Origin: Fidelibacterota bacterium | Lineage (GTDB): Bacteria > Fidelibacterota > SORT01 | NCBI GenBank assembly: GCA_022571215.1 | Contig: JACZYG010000010.1 | Coordinates: 4,876 to 68,875, forward strand | Length of the DNA stretch: 64,000 bases | Direction: 5' to 3' | Shown here: piece after piece, positions 17,681-26,944 of the stretch | How the letters are laid out: every line of letters begins with the position of its first letter | Numbering within the stretch: the stretch's first letter is position 1 | The notes under the pieces: generated by a model | Database searches by the model: none | What the model was told of the DNA's origin: nothing | What the model saw: the letters and a program-made list of their open reading frames with translations, nothing else | Position numbers and translations under genes: made by a program

Positions 17681-19051
17681 TTATGTTCGTCCTATAATTA
17701 TCGCTAAAGATTCATCTATTATTTTCAATGCGTCTTCTATTTGCGATTTAGAAACTGACATAGGCGGCGCAATCCGGAAGACATTGCCATAAAGACCGCC
17801 CTTGCCTATCAGCAAACCCCTTTTCTTTGTCTCTTCAAACAGTTTCATCGTTATCAGGGCATTCGGAGTCCGGTCGCCGTTAGGTTCGTCTTCAACCATC
17901 TCCATTGCCTGCATAAGTCCCATGCCACGCACTTCCCCTATGACCTTCGGATATTTGGCGGCAATTTCTTCAAGACCCTCTCTCAGCAATTCACCCGTTG
18001 CCTCGGCGTTGGCGCGAAAATCTTTCTCCAACAATATGTCGATAGTCGCGTTTGCCGCCGCTGAAGAGATAGGATTGCCGCCGAAAGTAGATATTGTGAG
18101 TTTCTTGAGAGACGCCGCCACCTCGTCTGTCGCAATCGTCACGCCTAACGGCATCCCGTTGGCGATTCCTTTTGCCATCGTCATCACTTCAGGTTCGACT
18201 CCGTAATGTTCTATGCCGAATATCTTTGAGCCTGTTCTTCCGAATCCGGTCTGTACCTCATCGCAGATGAATATTCCGCCGTATTTACGAATAATATCAA
18301 CTGCAATTTGAAAATATTCCTTCGGCGGAGTAATGAACCCGCCCACTCCCTGAATCGGTTCAGCCAGAAATCCCGCGATCTGTCCTGTGGTGGTTGTGAG
18401 TATAAGTTCTTCTATATCCTGGGCGCATTTGATCTCGCAGGAAGGATATTCAAGACCGAGCGGGCACCGGTAACAATACGGACTCATCGCATGCTTTATA
18501 GCCGCTATCTGAGTGGGAACCGAACGCCACGCTGAGTGCGCTGTCAGGGATTGAGCTAAGAGCGACCTGCCGGAGTAGCCATGTCTCAGCGCTATGATCT
18601 CCATATTCCCCGTGAACAGTTGCGCCAACATGACGGCGGTTTCATCCGCTTCGGTACCCGATGCGCTGAAGAAACTCTTTTTAAGCGCTCCCGGCGTGAT
18701 CTTAGCCAAGCGTTCCGCTAACTCTACCATAGGAATTGTGGGATATAGGGTTGATACATGCCCCAACCGGTTCATTTGAGCGGAAATCGCTTTATTGACC
18801 CGGTCGTCCGCATGACCGATCGATACGGTGAGTATTCCTCCGAAAAAATCGAGATACTCTTTCCCGTCAACGTCCGTCAGATAGCACCCTTTTCCCGACT
18901 CGAGAGCGATCGCTTCCGCGTAATAGTTTATTACAGACGGAAAAAGATATTCGTCATGTTTTTCTTTAAGTTTTGCTGATGTTAATTTTTCTTCGATGTT
19001 AGAGCTGTTTTCCGTTTCTGTTTCAGGCGTTTGGGTCACTGAGTTTCCCAT
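17681..19051 (-). CDS. Class-III PLP aminotransferase; by context beta-alanine:2-oxoacid (pyruvate/2-OG) transaminase
   Basis: Typical class-III segments GSGTEADE…, CDEVQTGFGRTG, TMAKGIANG (PLP Lys). Lies in the operon with beta-ureidopropionase and mmsA. Confidence 0.8.
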   Translation of the reverse strand: MGNSVTQTPETETENSSNIEEKLTSAKLKEKHDEYLFPSVINYYAEAIALESGKGCYLTDVDGKEYLDFFGGILTVSIGHADDRVNKAISAQMNRLGHVSTLYPTIPMVELAERLAKITPGALKKSFFSASGTEADETAVMLAQLFTGNMEIIALRHGYSGRSLLAQSLTAHSAWRSVPTQIAAIKHAMSPYCYRCPLGLEYPSCEIKCAQDIEELILTTTTGQIAGFLAEPIQGVGGFITPPKEYFQIAVDIIRKYGGIFICDEVQTGFGRTGSKIFGIEHYGVEPEVMTMAKGIANGMPLGVTIATDEVAASLKKLTISTFGGNPISSAAANATIDILLEKDFRANAEATGELLREGLEEIAAKYPKVIGEVRGMGLMQAMEMVEDEPNGDRTPNALITMKLFEETKKRGLLIGKGGLYGNVFRIAPPMSVSKSQIEDALKIIDESLAIIIGRT

Positions 19052-19067
19052 ATGTTTCCGGTCTCCT
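19023..19067. repeat. Direct repeat copy 1 (45 bp, perfect) flanking the hicAB cassette
   Basis: tcaggcgtttgggtcactgagtttcccatatgtttccggtctcct is identical to 19564-19608. It contains the aminotransferase ATG (19051-19049) and its AGGAGA RBS (19067-19062). Confidence 0.95.
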
Positions 19068-19074
19068 ACTATTA

Positions 19075-19296
19075 TTATGCAAGCATCAAGTGCCCTTTTG
19101 GTTCAGGTATAGGTCGATTTAATTCTTTAGCAGTTCCTATCCACTCATTTATCACAACTTCAACATTAGACAATGCCTCTTTATGTGTCTTCCCATCCGA
19201 AGAGCATCCAGCTAATTCAGGTACTTCAGCTATAAAGGAATCGTCATCCTTGCTCCAATAAATTATGATTTCATATTTAGTCATCGTCAAGTTCAT
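19075..19296 (-). CDS. hicB: HicB-family antitoxin
   Basis: YEIIIYWSKDDDSFIAEVPELAGCSSDGKTHKEALSNVEVVINEWI is the typical HicB N-terminal domain. Overlaps hicA by 20 nt. Confidence 0.85.
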   Translation of the reverse strand: MNLTMTKYEIIIYWSKDDDSFIAEVPELAGCSSDGKTHKEALSNVEVVINEWIGTAKELNRPIPEPKGHLMLA

Positions 19297-19540
19297 TCTC
19301 CAGTTTATATTTAATTATAAGATTACGAAATTGTTTTACCTGATAAGGTTTGGCCATTTTCCCTTTGGGTTGAATATTTAGTATTTCCTTAATTTCATTT
19401 CTCGTATAAATATGGTGGCTACCTTTAATTCTTTCATCGAAACCTAACTCTTTTAATAGCCTGCATATATCGTTAAATGTAATATTTCGATCAGACGTTC
19501 CACCAATTATTTTGATTAATAGTTTTTTATTCCTACCCAT
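19277..19540 (-). CDS. hicA: HicA-family mRNA-interferase toxin
   Basis: LLKELGFDERIKGSHHIYT…KPYQVKQFRNLI fits the YcfA/HicA fold pattern. 87 aa. Lies upstream of hicB as in canonical hicAB. Confidence 0.8.
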   Translation of the reverse strand: MGRNKKLLIKIIGGTSDRNITFNDICRLLKELGFDERIKGSHHIYTRNEIKEILNIQPKGKMAKPYQVKQFRNLIIKYKLENELDDD

Positions 19541-19563
19541 CTAAATTTAAGTTAAGGAATTCC

Positions 19564-19608
19564 TCAGGCGTTTGGGTCACTGAGTTTCCCATATGTTTCC
19601 GGTCTCCT
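19564..19608. repeat. Direct repeat copy 2 (45 bp, perfect) flanking the hicAB cassette
   Basis: Identical to 19023-19067. Here it encodes the C-terminus …RRPETYGKLSDPNA* of beta-ureidopropionase. Confidence 0.95.
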
Positions 19609-20436
19609 GTCTCTGTAAAATTGCCACACCCTTCTCACCTCGTCTATCATGTCAAGGTCGAGTTCTGCGGTAATTAGTTCATCTTTATCTTCACTTGCTT
19701 CGGCGAGAAAATTACCACGTGGGTCTACAAAATAACTCGTACCGTAAAATTCGCCTATATTCCATGGCGATTCGGTTCCGACACGGTTACTGCAAGCCAT
19801 GAAATATCCGTTCGCCACGGCATGAGCCGGCTGTTCTAATTTCCATAGATATTGTGAAAGTCCTTTTACTGTAGCTGACGGATTGAACACTATCTCCGCT
19901 CCGTTCATACCAAGCATCCTTGCTCCTTCGGGGAAATGCCTGTCGTAGCAGATATAAACCCCCACTTTGGCGTAACGTGTCTCAAATACGGGATAGCCCA
20001 TATTGCCCGGTTTGAAAAAGAATTTTTCCCAAAAACCGGATGTGTGAGGTATATGATGTTTGCGGTATTTGCCGAGATAAGTTCCGTCAGCATCCACTAC
20101 GGCGGCAGTGTTATAGAAGACTCCGGGTTGTTCCTCCTCATAAACCGGAATTATAAGTACCATCTCATACTTTTTTGCATAAGGTATCAGAGCCTCTACG
20201 GTAGGCCCGGGAACAGGTTCAGCCGCATCGTACCAGCGCGGATCCTGGCTCGGACAGAAGTACGGGCCGTTGAATATCTCCTGAAGTCCGAGAATTTTTA
20301 CTCCCGCCTTCCCCGCTTCATCTATGAACGGAAGATGTTTATCAAACATAGCCTTTTGAATCTTCTCTATCGATTCCTTTTCGTCATTGATAGGATTTGA
20401 ACATTGTATCAAGCCGCATTTAACTATTCTCGGCAT
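19564..20436 (-). CDS. Beta-ureidopropionase (N-carbamoyl-beta-alanine amidohydrolase), nitrilase/CN-hydrolase superfamily
   Basis: CN-hydrolase triad context (LQEIF…E, YRKHHIP K, VYICYDRHFPE C). 290 aa. Pathway context. Confidence 0.8.
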   Translation of the reverse strand: MPRIVKCGLIQCSNPINDEKESIEKIQKAMFDKHLPFIDEAGKAGVKILGLQEIFNGPYFCPSQDPRWYDAAEPVPGPTVEALIPYAKKYEMVLIIPVYEEEQPGVFYNTAAVVDADGTYLGKYRKHHIPHTSGFWEKFFFKPGNMGYPVFETRYAKVGVYICYDRHFPEGARMLGMNGAEIVFNPSATVKGLSQYLWKLEQPAHAVANGYFMACSNRVGTESPWNIGEFYGTSYFVDPRGNFLAEASEDKDELITAELDLDMIDEVRRVWQFYRDRRPETYGKLSDPNA

Positions 20437-20463
20437 CTGCTGCTCCTAAAATTATTCATGCCT

Positions 20464-21975
20464 TTACCAGCGTGAAATTTCAACCTTCTTATCCGTATAG
20501 AATTCTATACTGTCTTTTCCGTGCGCCTTCAGATCACCGAAAAACGAACCCTTTGCTCCTCCAAAAATGAAAAACGACATAGGAGCAGGAACGCCGATAT
20601 TAATTCCTATCATACTCGCATCGACATTATACCTGAATTTTCGGGCATTTTTACCTGATGTAGTGAAGATAGAGATAGTATTTGCGAGCGGATGGTCGGA
20701 TATAAGCTCAATCGCATTGTCGAGGTCTTTTACTTTCATCATTGACAGCACCGGACCGAAAATTTCCTCTTTTGCGATGGTCATTGACGGTGTAACATTT
20801 TCGAAGATCGTCGGTCTAAGATAAAAACCTCCCTCTTTTCCTTCTACTTTGGCTTCCCTGCCGTCAAGGATCATATCGGCGCCTTCCTTTATTCCTATTT
20901 CGATATAAGAGAGAACTCTTTCTTTATGACGGGCGGATACTACAGGTCCCATTATTACTTCCTCATCAAGACCGCTGCCTATTTTAATATTTGTGGCTTT
21001 TTTGACGATCAGATCTTTTAATTCGTCATATATCTTTTCATCGCCAAGCAGCATACTTGCCGCGAGACAACGCTCACCGGCGCAACCGAAACAGGATGCG
21101 ATAATCGCCTCAGCAGCCAATTCAAGGTCTGCGTCATCGCTAACTACCACAAAGTTCTTCGCTCCGCCTAACGCTTGAACGCGTTTACCGTTCTTACTGG
21201 CGAGTGTGTAGACATGTTTTGCCACAGGCGAAGAGCCAACGAATGAAACTCCTTTAATATCGGGATGTGTGCAAATACCATCTACAACTACCTTATCACC
21301 GTGTACAAGGTTTACGACTCCGGGTGGAAATCCTACTTCGTCAATCAACTCAAAGATCAAGTTAGAAGTCATCGGAACCTGTTCCGATGGCTTTAATATA
21401 AAGGTGTTTCCGGTCGCAACGGCATAAGGCAGGAACCATAGCGGAACCATCGCAGGAAAATTAAACGGGGTAATCGCCGCAAATACACCCATAGGTCGCC
21501 TGTATACCACAGTGTCAATTCCGGATGCCACATCCTCAAGGGACATGCCCTGCATCATAGTAGGAATGCCTGCCGCGACCTCCACATTCTCCACAGCCCT
21601 GCGTACGGAACCGCGCGCTTCATCGAATGTTTTCCCGTGTTCTAAAGTCAATACACGTGCAATATCGTCAAACCTTTCTTCCATCAGGGTTTTGAGTTTA
21701 AAGAAATATCTCGCTCGTTTAACCGGAGGTGTTCTCCTCCAGGCAGGAAAAGCTTTTTGCGCCAATTCAACCGCCTCGTTAAATTCAGATTCGGTGGTAA
21801 GCGGTAATTTCGCCAATTGGTTACCATTGGACGGATCTATTATATCAAGAACGCGCTCGGAATTTGATTGAACGAACGCGCCGTTCACATAGTTTTTAAG
21901 TATCATTACATCAGTGCCGGCTTCATTCGCGCCTTTATCAAGAACTGCCGATGCCGTTTCAGATGAGCTAATCAT
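20464..21975 (-). CDS. mmsA: CoA-acylating (methyl)malonate-semialdehyde dehydrogenase
   Basis: ALDH fold with the MmsA-type segment ITPFNFPAMVPLWFLPYAVATGNTFILKPSE and catalytic Cys in AGERCLA. 503 aa. Confidence 0.88.
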   Translation of the reverse strand: MISSSETASAVLDKGANEAGTDVMILKNYVNGAFVQSNSERVLDIIDPSNGNQLAKLPLTTESEFNEAVELAQKAFPAWRRTPPVKRARYFFKLKTLMEERFDDIARVLTLEHGKTFDEARGSVRRAVENVEVAAGIPTMMQGMSLEDVASGIDTVVYRRPMGVFAAITPFNFPAMVPLWFLPYAVATGNTFILKPSEQVPMTSNLIFELIDEVGFPPGVVNLVHGDKVVVDGICTHPDIKGVSFVGSSPVAKHVYTLASKNGKRVQALGGAKNFVVVSDDADLELAAEAIIASCFGCAGERCLAASMLLGDEKIYDELKDLIVKKATNIKIGSGLDEEVIMGPVVSARHKERVLSYIEIGIKEGADMILDGREAKVEGKEGGFYLRPTIFENVTPSMTIAKEEIFGPVLSMMKVKDLDNAIELISDHPLANTISIFTTSGKNARKFRYNVDASMIGINIGVPAPMSFFIFGGAKGSFFGDLKAHGKDSIEFYTDKKVEISRW

Positions 21976-22041
21976 GTCATTGCCTCCAATTTATATTCAA
22001 ATACTAAAAGATTACTCTTTCAAGACCTCCCGGTAGCGGAA

Positions 22042-22070
22042 ATATTAACTGATATTAGCTGATTTGTCAA
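22042..22070 (-). promoter_or_regulatory. Strong sigma-70 promoter (TTGACA-17-TAATAT) for the mmsA operon
   Basis: On the minus strand: ttgaca (22070-22065), 17-nt spacer, taatat (22047-22042). About 65 nt upstream of the mmsA ATG. Confidence 0.55.
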
Positions 22071-22136
22071 GGAATTAGCTTTATTGATTTGCAACACTAT
22101 TGCATCAGGTGAAGTTCACGCATATCTTTACATGTT

Positions 22137-23756
22137 ATGAATCCTTCACTCCCATTTTTTAGCAAGCTTTATCGCAATCCTCTGTTATTGACCGCTTATT
22201 TAGCTCTTTCAATGATATTGCAGCCGTCCGCGCTGTTTGCGGCAGCATTAGAGGAAGACAAAGTTGCTGTTATCCGTAAAATTACACTTGTCCGGCAAAA
22301 TGTCTTCTCAAAAGATGATAATCCCTTTGGACTTGGTGATCCTTTTTTAAACAGGCTTCATTTTATTACACGGAAACATATAATAAAGCAGGAATTGCTC
22401 TTTAAGGTAGGTGATATTTTAGACCAGGACCTTATAAACGAAACCGAGCGAAATTTACGAAAACTGATTTTCATCGGAAGCGTAAAGATAACAGCTGACA
22501 AAAACCCCGACGGGAGTGTTGATTTAACAGTATACACGCGTGACTTATGGACAACCGTCATCGGAACTAAATTCTCGCGTGTCAATAACGAAAATGTTTA
22601 CGGGCTGTTATTAGAAGAACAAAGTCTATTCGGATACGGCTCTCCCCTGAGGTTTGGAATAACTAATACGATAGATGGGAATAGTTTTAGGATAAGTAAT
22701 CGCTATAAAAGAATTCAAGGAACGCGTTGGAACCTTAACACATTTCTGAGAGACGGTCCTAAAGAAGAATATCGTTATTTTTTTGCTTTGAACAAACCGC
22801 TTTATTCTCTGAATACGAAATGGGCGTTTGGCGCTCAGCTGAATAATCAAAATTTGCCGAGGAAAAAAGACACCATTGATGAATTTCTCGAAACAAGTAA
22901 ATCTCAATCGTTTTCAGTGACAAAAGTCTATGGCACGAGGTTTAGGAAATTGGTGTCGTCAATCAATTTTTTTCATGAAAACGCAGAATCAGAAAAGTTA
23001 GAATCTGAGAACCTATTTCAGAATATAAGGGAATTATCAGGAAAGATCAGCCTTCGCTCATTGCGATTCGCAAAAGCCAGGAGATTGGACAAAATGGTAA
23101 GAGTAGAAGATATAGAGATGGGAGCTTCGGTCGGGGCGGGTATAGCCAAATCCGGGAAATTCATAAATAGCGACAGGGATTATTGGAAGCTCTCTGCCAA
23201 TCAGACATTAGCCTTTCCATCGGGATCAAGGTCTTGGATTCTTCAGCGTTTTCGGTACACAAACAGTTTTGAAAACGATGAAGACATCAATAGCATATGG
23301 GAATTTGAATTAAAAGCTTATTCACAAATATTTCCTAATCAAACGATCGCGTTTAGATTGTTTACCGGTTCGAGATCAAATCTCGACGAGCGGACTGAGA
23401 TTTATAATCTCCGGGATCGGACAGGATTAAGGGGTTATACATCTGGGGATTCTCTTTCGGGCAAAAAGATACTTCTTATGAATCTTGAAGACAGGATTTT
23501 TTCGGATCTGAAATTGGCGACGCTGTCGTTAGGAGGAGTCATATTCGCCGATGCGGGAGGCGTATGGGAAGAATCCGAATCGATCAATCTTTCCGAACTC
23601 AACTATACTGTTGGGTTCGGATTCCGTTGGGAGATTTCTAAAAGCGCCTCATCCCGTATCACTAAATTAGATTTTGCTCTTCCACTGAACGGAAAAGGTC
23701 TTTCGATAGATAACATAGTTGTCTTACTCTCTTCCGGACAATTATTCTCGAAATGA
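22137..23756 (+). CDS. Omp85/BamA-superfamily outer-membrane protein with a single POTRA-like domain
   Basis: Signal peptide. POTRA-like unit (IRKITLVRQNVFS…GSVDLTVYTRD). Long alternating beta-strand region. Confidence 0.55.
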   Translation: MNPSLPFFSKLYRNPLLLTAYLALSMILQPSALFAAALEEDKVAVIRKITLVRQNVFSKDDNPFGLGDPFLNRLHFITRKHIIKQELLFKVGDILDQDLINETERNLRKLIFIGSVKITADKNPDGSVDLTVYTRDLWTTVIGTKFSRVNNENVYGLLLEEQSLFGYGSPLRFGITNTIDGNSFRISNRYKRIQGTRWNLNTFLRDGPKEEYRYFFALNKPLYSLNTKWAFGAQLNNQNLPRKKDTIDEFLETSKSQSFSVTKVYGTRFRKLVSSINFFHENAESEKLESENLFQNIRELSGKISLRSLRFAKARRLDKMVRVEDIEMGASVGAGIAKSGKFINSDRDYWKLSANQTLAFPSGSRSWILQRFRYTNSFENDEDINSIWEFELKAYSQIFPNQTIAFRLFTGSRSNLDERTEIYNLRDRTGLRGYTSGDSLSGKKILLMNLEDRIFSDLKLATLSLGGVIFADAGGVWEESESINLSELNYTVGFGFRWEISKSASSRITKLDFALPLNGKGLSIDNIVVLLSSGQLFSK

Positions 23757-23761
23757 AATGG

Positions 23762-25285
23762 TTATTCGTCGTTTGACTTCTTTTTTCCGCTAATGCTCAA
23801 AAATGCCGTAAAAGAACTTGCAAGAGCCAATAACGCGGAAATAATCATCACCATACGAAATGCGGATAGAAATGAGACGTTAATGGCTGCTCGAATTTTT
23901 CCCGCTGTTTCAATTTCAACACTTTCGGGCAGTTGAATTCCCGCAAGATTTATCCGCTCAGAATCAATATAATCTCTTAGTTCGGTTGACATCTCTATTC
24001 TGCTGAGTTCTTTGTCGAGATTAAGATTAAAATCATGGAGTACGATAATCCCCATCACTGCTATAGCCAAAAGACCCGCTGTCCTCGCTACGGCATTATT
24101 AATGCCGGAAGCAAGTCCCGAATGATCCTGGCTGACAGAGCTCATCACCGATGTAGTCAACGGAGCAACGCTAATTCCCATGCCTATACCAACGGTCACT
24201 ATTGCAGGAAAGAATGTTTCCCAATAGCTGCCTCCTATACCGGGCAGAGCATAAAGCAGATATCCGACGCTCACTATTAAAGGCCCGATCACTAAAGGAA
24301 GTTTTGCGCCGTACTTGTCCACTAATCCTCCTGCCCATCTTGACAGCAGGGATATGAGTATCACAAAAGGTAGAAAGGCTGCTCCCGCTTCTGTTGCCGT
24401 GTATCCCTGAAGCTGAATCAGGTTGAACGGAAAGAAGAAGAGCGCGCCGCTAAGAGCCGCATACAAGAAAAAAGTGAGAATGTTCGATCCGGAGAACATT
24501 TTAGACTTAAACAGACCTAACGGCATCATCGGATTCTTGATTTTCGATTCAACGATCAGGAAAGCGCCGATAAGTAATACACCGACCAATTCAAGAGTAA
24601 TTACTTCAAAACTTCCTAATCCGAGTTGGGGAGATTCTATTAATCCGTAAACTATTGCCCCAAGCCCGAGAGTCACCAATATCGCGCCTGCCCAATCTAA
24701 TTTTTGGGAAAAATCTCTGTTTTGATTATCTGGGATTTTAGTAGTCGCGTATAGCACAATTACCGCTATTGGAATATTGATGAAAAATATCCATCTCCAG
24801 GAATAATTTTCTATCAACCACCCTCCAAGCAAAGGACCAAGCGCAGCGGTAACCGCGGTTAAACTGGACCATGTCCCGATTGCCTTACCCCTTTCATTAT
24901 CATCAAAACTTGAGCTCAGAATCGCTAAACTCGAAGGAATTATCAGCGCTCCCCCGATACCCTGAAAAGTTCTGGCAATAATCAATTCTTGTATATCTCT
25001 TGCCAGTCCGCACCATAGTGATGCAATCGTAAATAGAACAACACCGGTTATAAAAATACGCTTTCTGCCGTAACTGTCTCCTAAAGAGCCGCTGACAAGA
25101 ATCAGCGAAGCTAACATCAGAGCGTATCCCTCAATCACCCATTGAACGTCCGTTACATTTGCGTCAAGATTTGCCTGCAAAGCAGGTAAGGCAACGTTTA
25201 CAACCGTGGCATCTATAAAAGTGAGGCTCGATCCCAAAATTGTAGACAGTAAGACCCACCGATTTCGGTCTTTTGACTCCATCAA
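23762..25285 (-). CDS. MFS transporter, DHA2 (EmrB/QacA, 14-TM) family
   Basis: 507 aa. LGDSYGRKRIF (motif A-like). 14 predicted TM segments. Confidence 0.85.
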   Translation of the reverse strand: MMESKDRNRWVLLSTILGSSLTFIDATVVNVALPALQANLDANVTDVQWVIEGYALMLASLILVSGSLGDSYGRKRIFITGVVLFTIASLWCGLARDIQELIIARTFQGIGGALIIPSSLAILSSSFDDNERGKAIGTWSSLTAVTAALGPLLGGWLIENYSWRWIFFINIPIAVIVLYATTKIPDNQNRDFSQKLDWAGAILVTLGLGAIVYGLIESPQLGLGSFEVITLELVGVLLIGAFLIVESKIKNPMMPLGLFKSKMFSGSNILTFFLYAALSGALFFFPFNLIQLQGYTATEAGAAFLPFVILISLLSRWAGGLVDKYGAKLPLVIGPLIVSVGYLLYALPGIGGSYWETFFPAIVTVGIGMGISVAPLTTSVMSSVSQDHSGLASGINNAVARTAGLLAIAVMGIIVLHDFNLNLDKELSRIEMSTELRDYIDSERINLAGIQLPESVEIETAGKIRAAINVSFLSAFRMVMIISALLALASSFTAFLSISGKKKSNDE

Positions 25286-25321
25286 CTTCCCTTTTCTAAT
25301 CAGGTAAAATTATTAGGATTA

Positions 25322-25351
25322 GGATAAATAAATACAAGCTGCGAGGCTTGT
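25322..25351 (-). terminator. Possible intrinsic terminator after the dehydratase gene
   Basis: acaagc-tgcgag-gcttgt hairpin followed on the minus strand by a T-rich tract. Weak. Confidence 0.3.
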
Positions 25352-25364
25352 TAAAGATAAAATA

Positions 25365-26312
25365 TCAAACGTCCAGAACTTTTTTTAGTTGACCGGTGGA
25401 TATGTTGCCCCCACTCATGACGACAACGATTTTTTGTCCCGCGAGTCTGTCTTTGACAGATAGAGCGCCTGCAAACGCCGCCGCTCCGGCGCCCTCCACC
25501 AAATTATGAGTGTGCTGTATCAATAAATATAACGCTTCATAAATTGATTCATCACTCACGAGCAAAAAATCATCCAAATACTTTTTCATTATTTTCTGAG
25601 TATTTTCAAACGCAACCCTTGTCGCAACCCCCTCGACGGTTGTGTTCATTTCTCCCGACAGTAGCTCACCCGATTTCCAGCTCCGCTGCATAGTCGGGGC
25701 TTCGGTTGATTGTACTCCTATTACTTTGATATTCGAATTTCCGTTTTTCACCACTACACATGTGCCGCATACTCCGCTGCCCGCGCCGACCGGCACAAAT
25801 ATCTGCTCTACATCAGGTAAGTCATCAAGTATCTCAAGAGCGTACGTCCCGACACCGCAGATAAGCTCATCATCAGTCGGACTTACGAATTTCCCGTTTT
25901 TCTCTTTAGCTAATTCTTCGACCCATTCTCTTGCGCTGTCAAAATCGTCGCCGTGAAACAGGACTTCCGCCCCCATCCCTTTCATCAGCGCGACTTTTTC
26001 GGGATTCGCTCCCTCCGGCACGGCGATAGTCGCTTTTATTCCGAACGCTCTCGAAGCGTAGGCAATGCTCTGACCGTGATTACCGCTCGATGCGGTATAT
26101 AGCCCTCTCTTCTTTTCCTCATCTGTCAGACTTGCGGCGAGATTCACTCCACCTCGCACCTTAAATGACCCGACCGGTTGATGGTTCTCGTGTTTAACCC
26201 AGACATCCGTTCCGAGCAGCTCGCTCAGACCTGTATAATGATATAACGGGGTAGGGTTGAGATGTTTATAAACGCTTTTCCGCGCCGCTTTTATCTGTTC
26301 TATGGTCACCAT
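25365..26312 (-). CDS. PLP-dependent threonine/serine dehydratase (threonine ammonia-lyase-like, no ACT domain)
   Basis: PLP-Lys motif GSFKVRGG, SSGNHGQ, and glycine loop PVGAGSG. 315 aa. Confidence 0.8.
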   Translation of the reverse strand: MVTIEQIKAARKSVYKHLNPTPLYHYTGLSELLGTDVWVKHENHQPVGSFKVRGGVNLAASLTDEEKKRGLYTASSGNHGQSIAYASRAFGIKATIAVPEGANPEKVALMKGMGAEVLFHGDDFDSAREWVEELAKEKNGKFVSPTDDELICGVGTYALEILDDLPDVEQIFVPVGAGSGVCGTCVVVKNGNSNIKVIGVQSTEAPTMQRSWKSGELLSGEMNTTVEGVATRVAFENTQKIMKKYLDDFLLVSDESIYEALYLLIQHTHNLVEGAGAAAFAGALSVKDRLAGQKIVVVMSGGNISTGQLKKVLDV

Positions 26313-26389
26313 GCTATGGAAAATATAGCAATTATTTTATTGAATGAGAGGTTAATCTTTACGAATTAACGGAATTTCAGAGAATGATT

Positions 26390-26737
26390 TTATTCTTCTT
26401 CAGAAGGGATGTACTTTTCGACTTCAAGTTCGGGATGATTCCCCGGCAAGCCTATTCTGTACCAGATGAACGGAAAGAGTGGATTCGGAAACCAATATAG
26501 CCAGCCGAGACTTTTCGCAATTTTCTTTGCGTCCAATTTCAAATCCATCCAGACATATAAAAATTTATAGGGGCACAAACCGGAAATGAAGTTCGGTTTG
26601 AACGCTTCCGTTTTCAAATATTGTTTCCGAATGTAATAGTTGCCCTCGAATGGAGTTATGCCCCATCCTAAAGGACCTTCAGCCAATAAAGTTCCGCTGG
26701 GCTTGTGAGTTATGCGTACAAATTTTTTTGCCATCAA
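26390..26737 (-). CDS. DUF427-like small protein
   Basis: EGNYYIRKQYL…GLCPYKF resembles the DUF427 YYFP…CPYKG core. Weak call. Confidence 0.4.
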   Translation of the reverse strand: MMAKKFVRITHKPSGTLLAEGPLGWGITPFEGNYYIRKQYLKTEAFKPNFISGLCPYKFLYVWMDLKLDAKKIAKSLGWLYWFPNPLFPFIWYRIGLPGNHPELEVEKYIPSEEE

Positions 26738-26944
26738 TTCTCCGTATCAAAAAACCATTTATATAAATAATAAAGTATTCAAACGACAATAGTAATCCAG
26801 TAGCTCTCCTTACATTGTTTCCAATATTTGTAGACTATGATTTTATTGGTCATTATCTTTTGCGAATCACTGATTAAGAATATTAGAAATTATTAGAGTT
26901 CTCTGTTTTACTTAAAATCGCGACTCATAATATAAATTCTTAAC

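Noticed and set aside
19068-19563. The hicAB segment as an integron gene cassette or an IS/MITE.
   Set aside because: A GTTAAGG string near one end only loosely resembles an attC core site. I found no imperfect attC palindrome and no terminal inverted repeats, and there is no intI or transposase in the window. The flanking repeat is host operon sequence, not element sequence.
23756-23762. Convergent gene pairs separated by 7 bp or less (2148/2156, 23756/23762, 46689/46697) with no terminator, considered as possible antisense-regulation modules.
   Set aside because: This is a common result of tight packing in compact genomes. Nothing in the sequence points to specific regulation, so it is recorded only as context.
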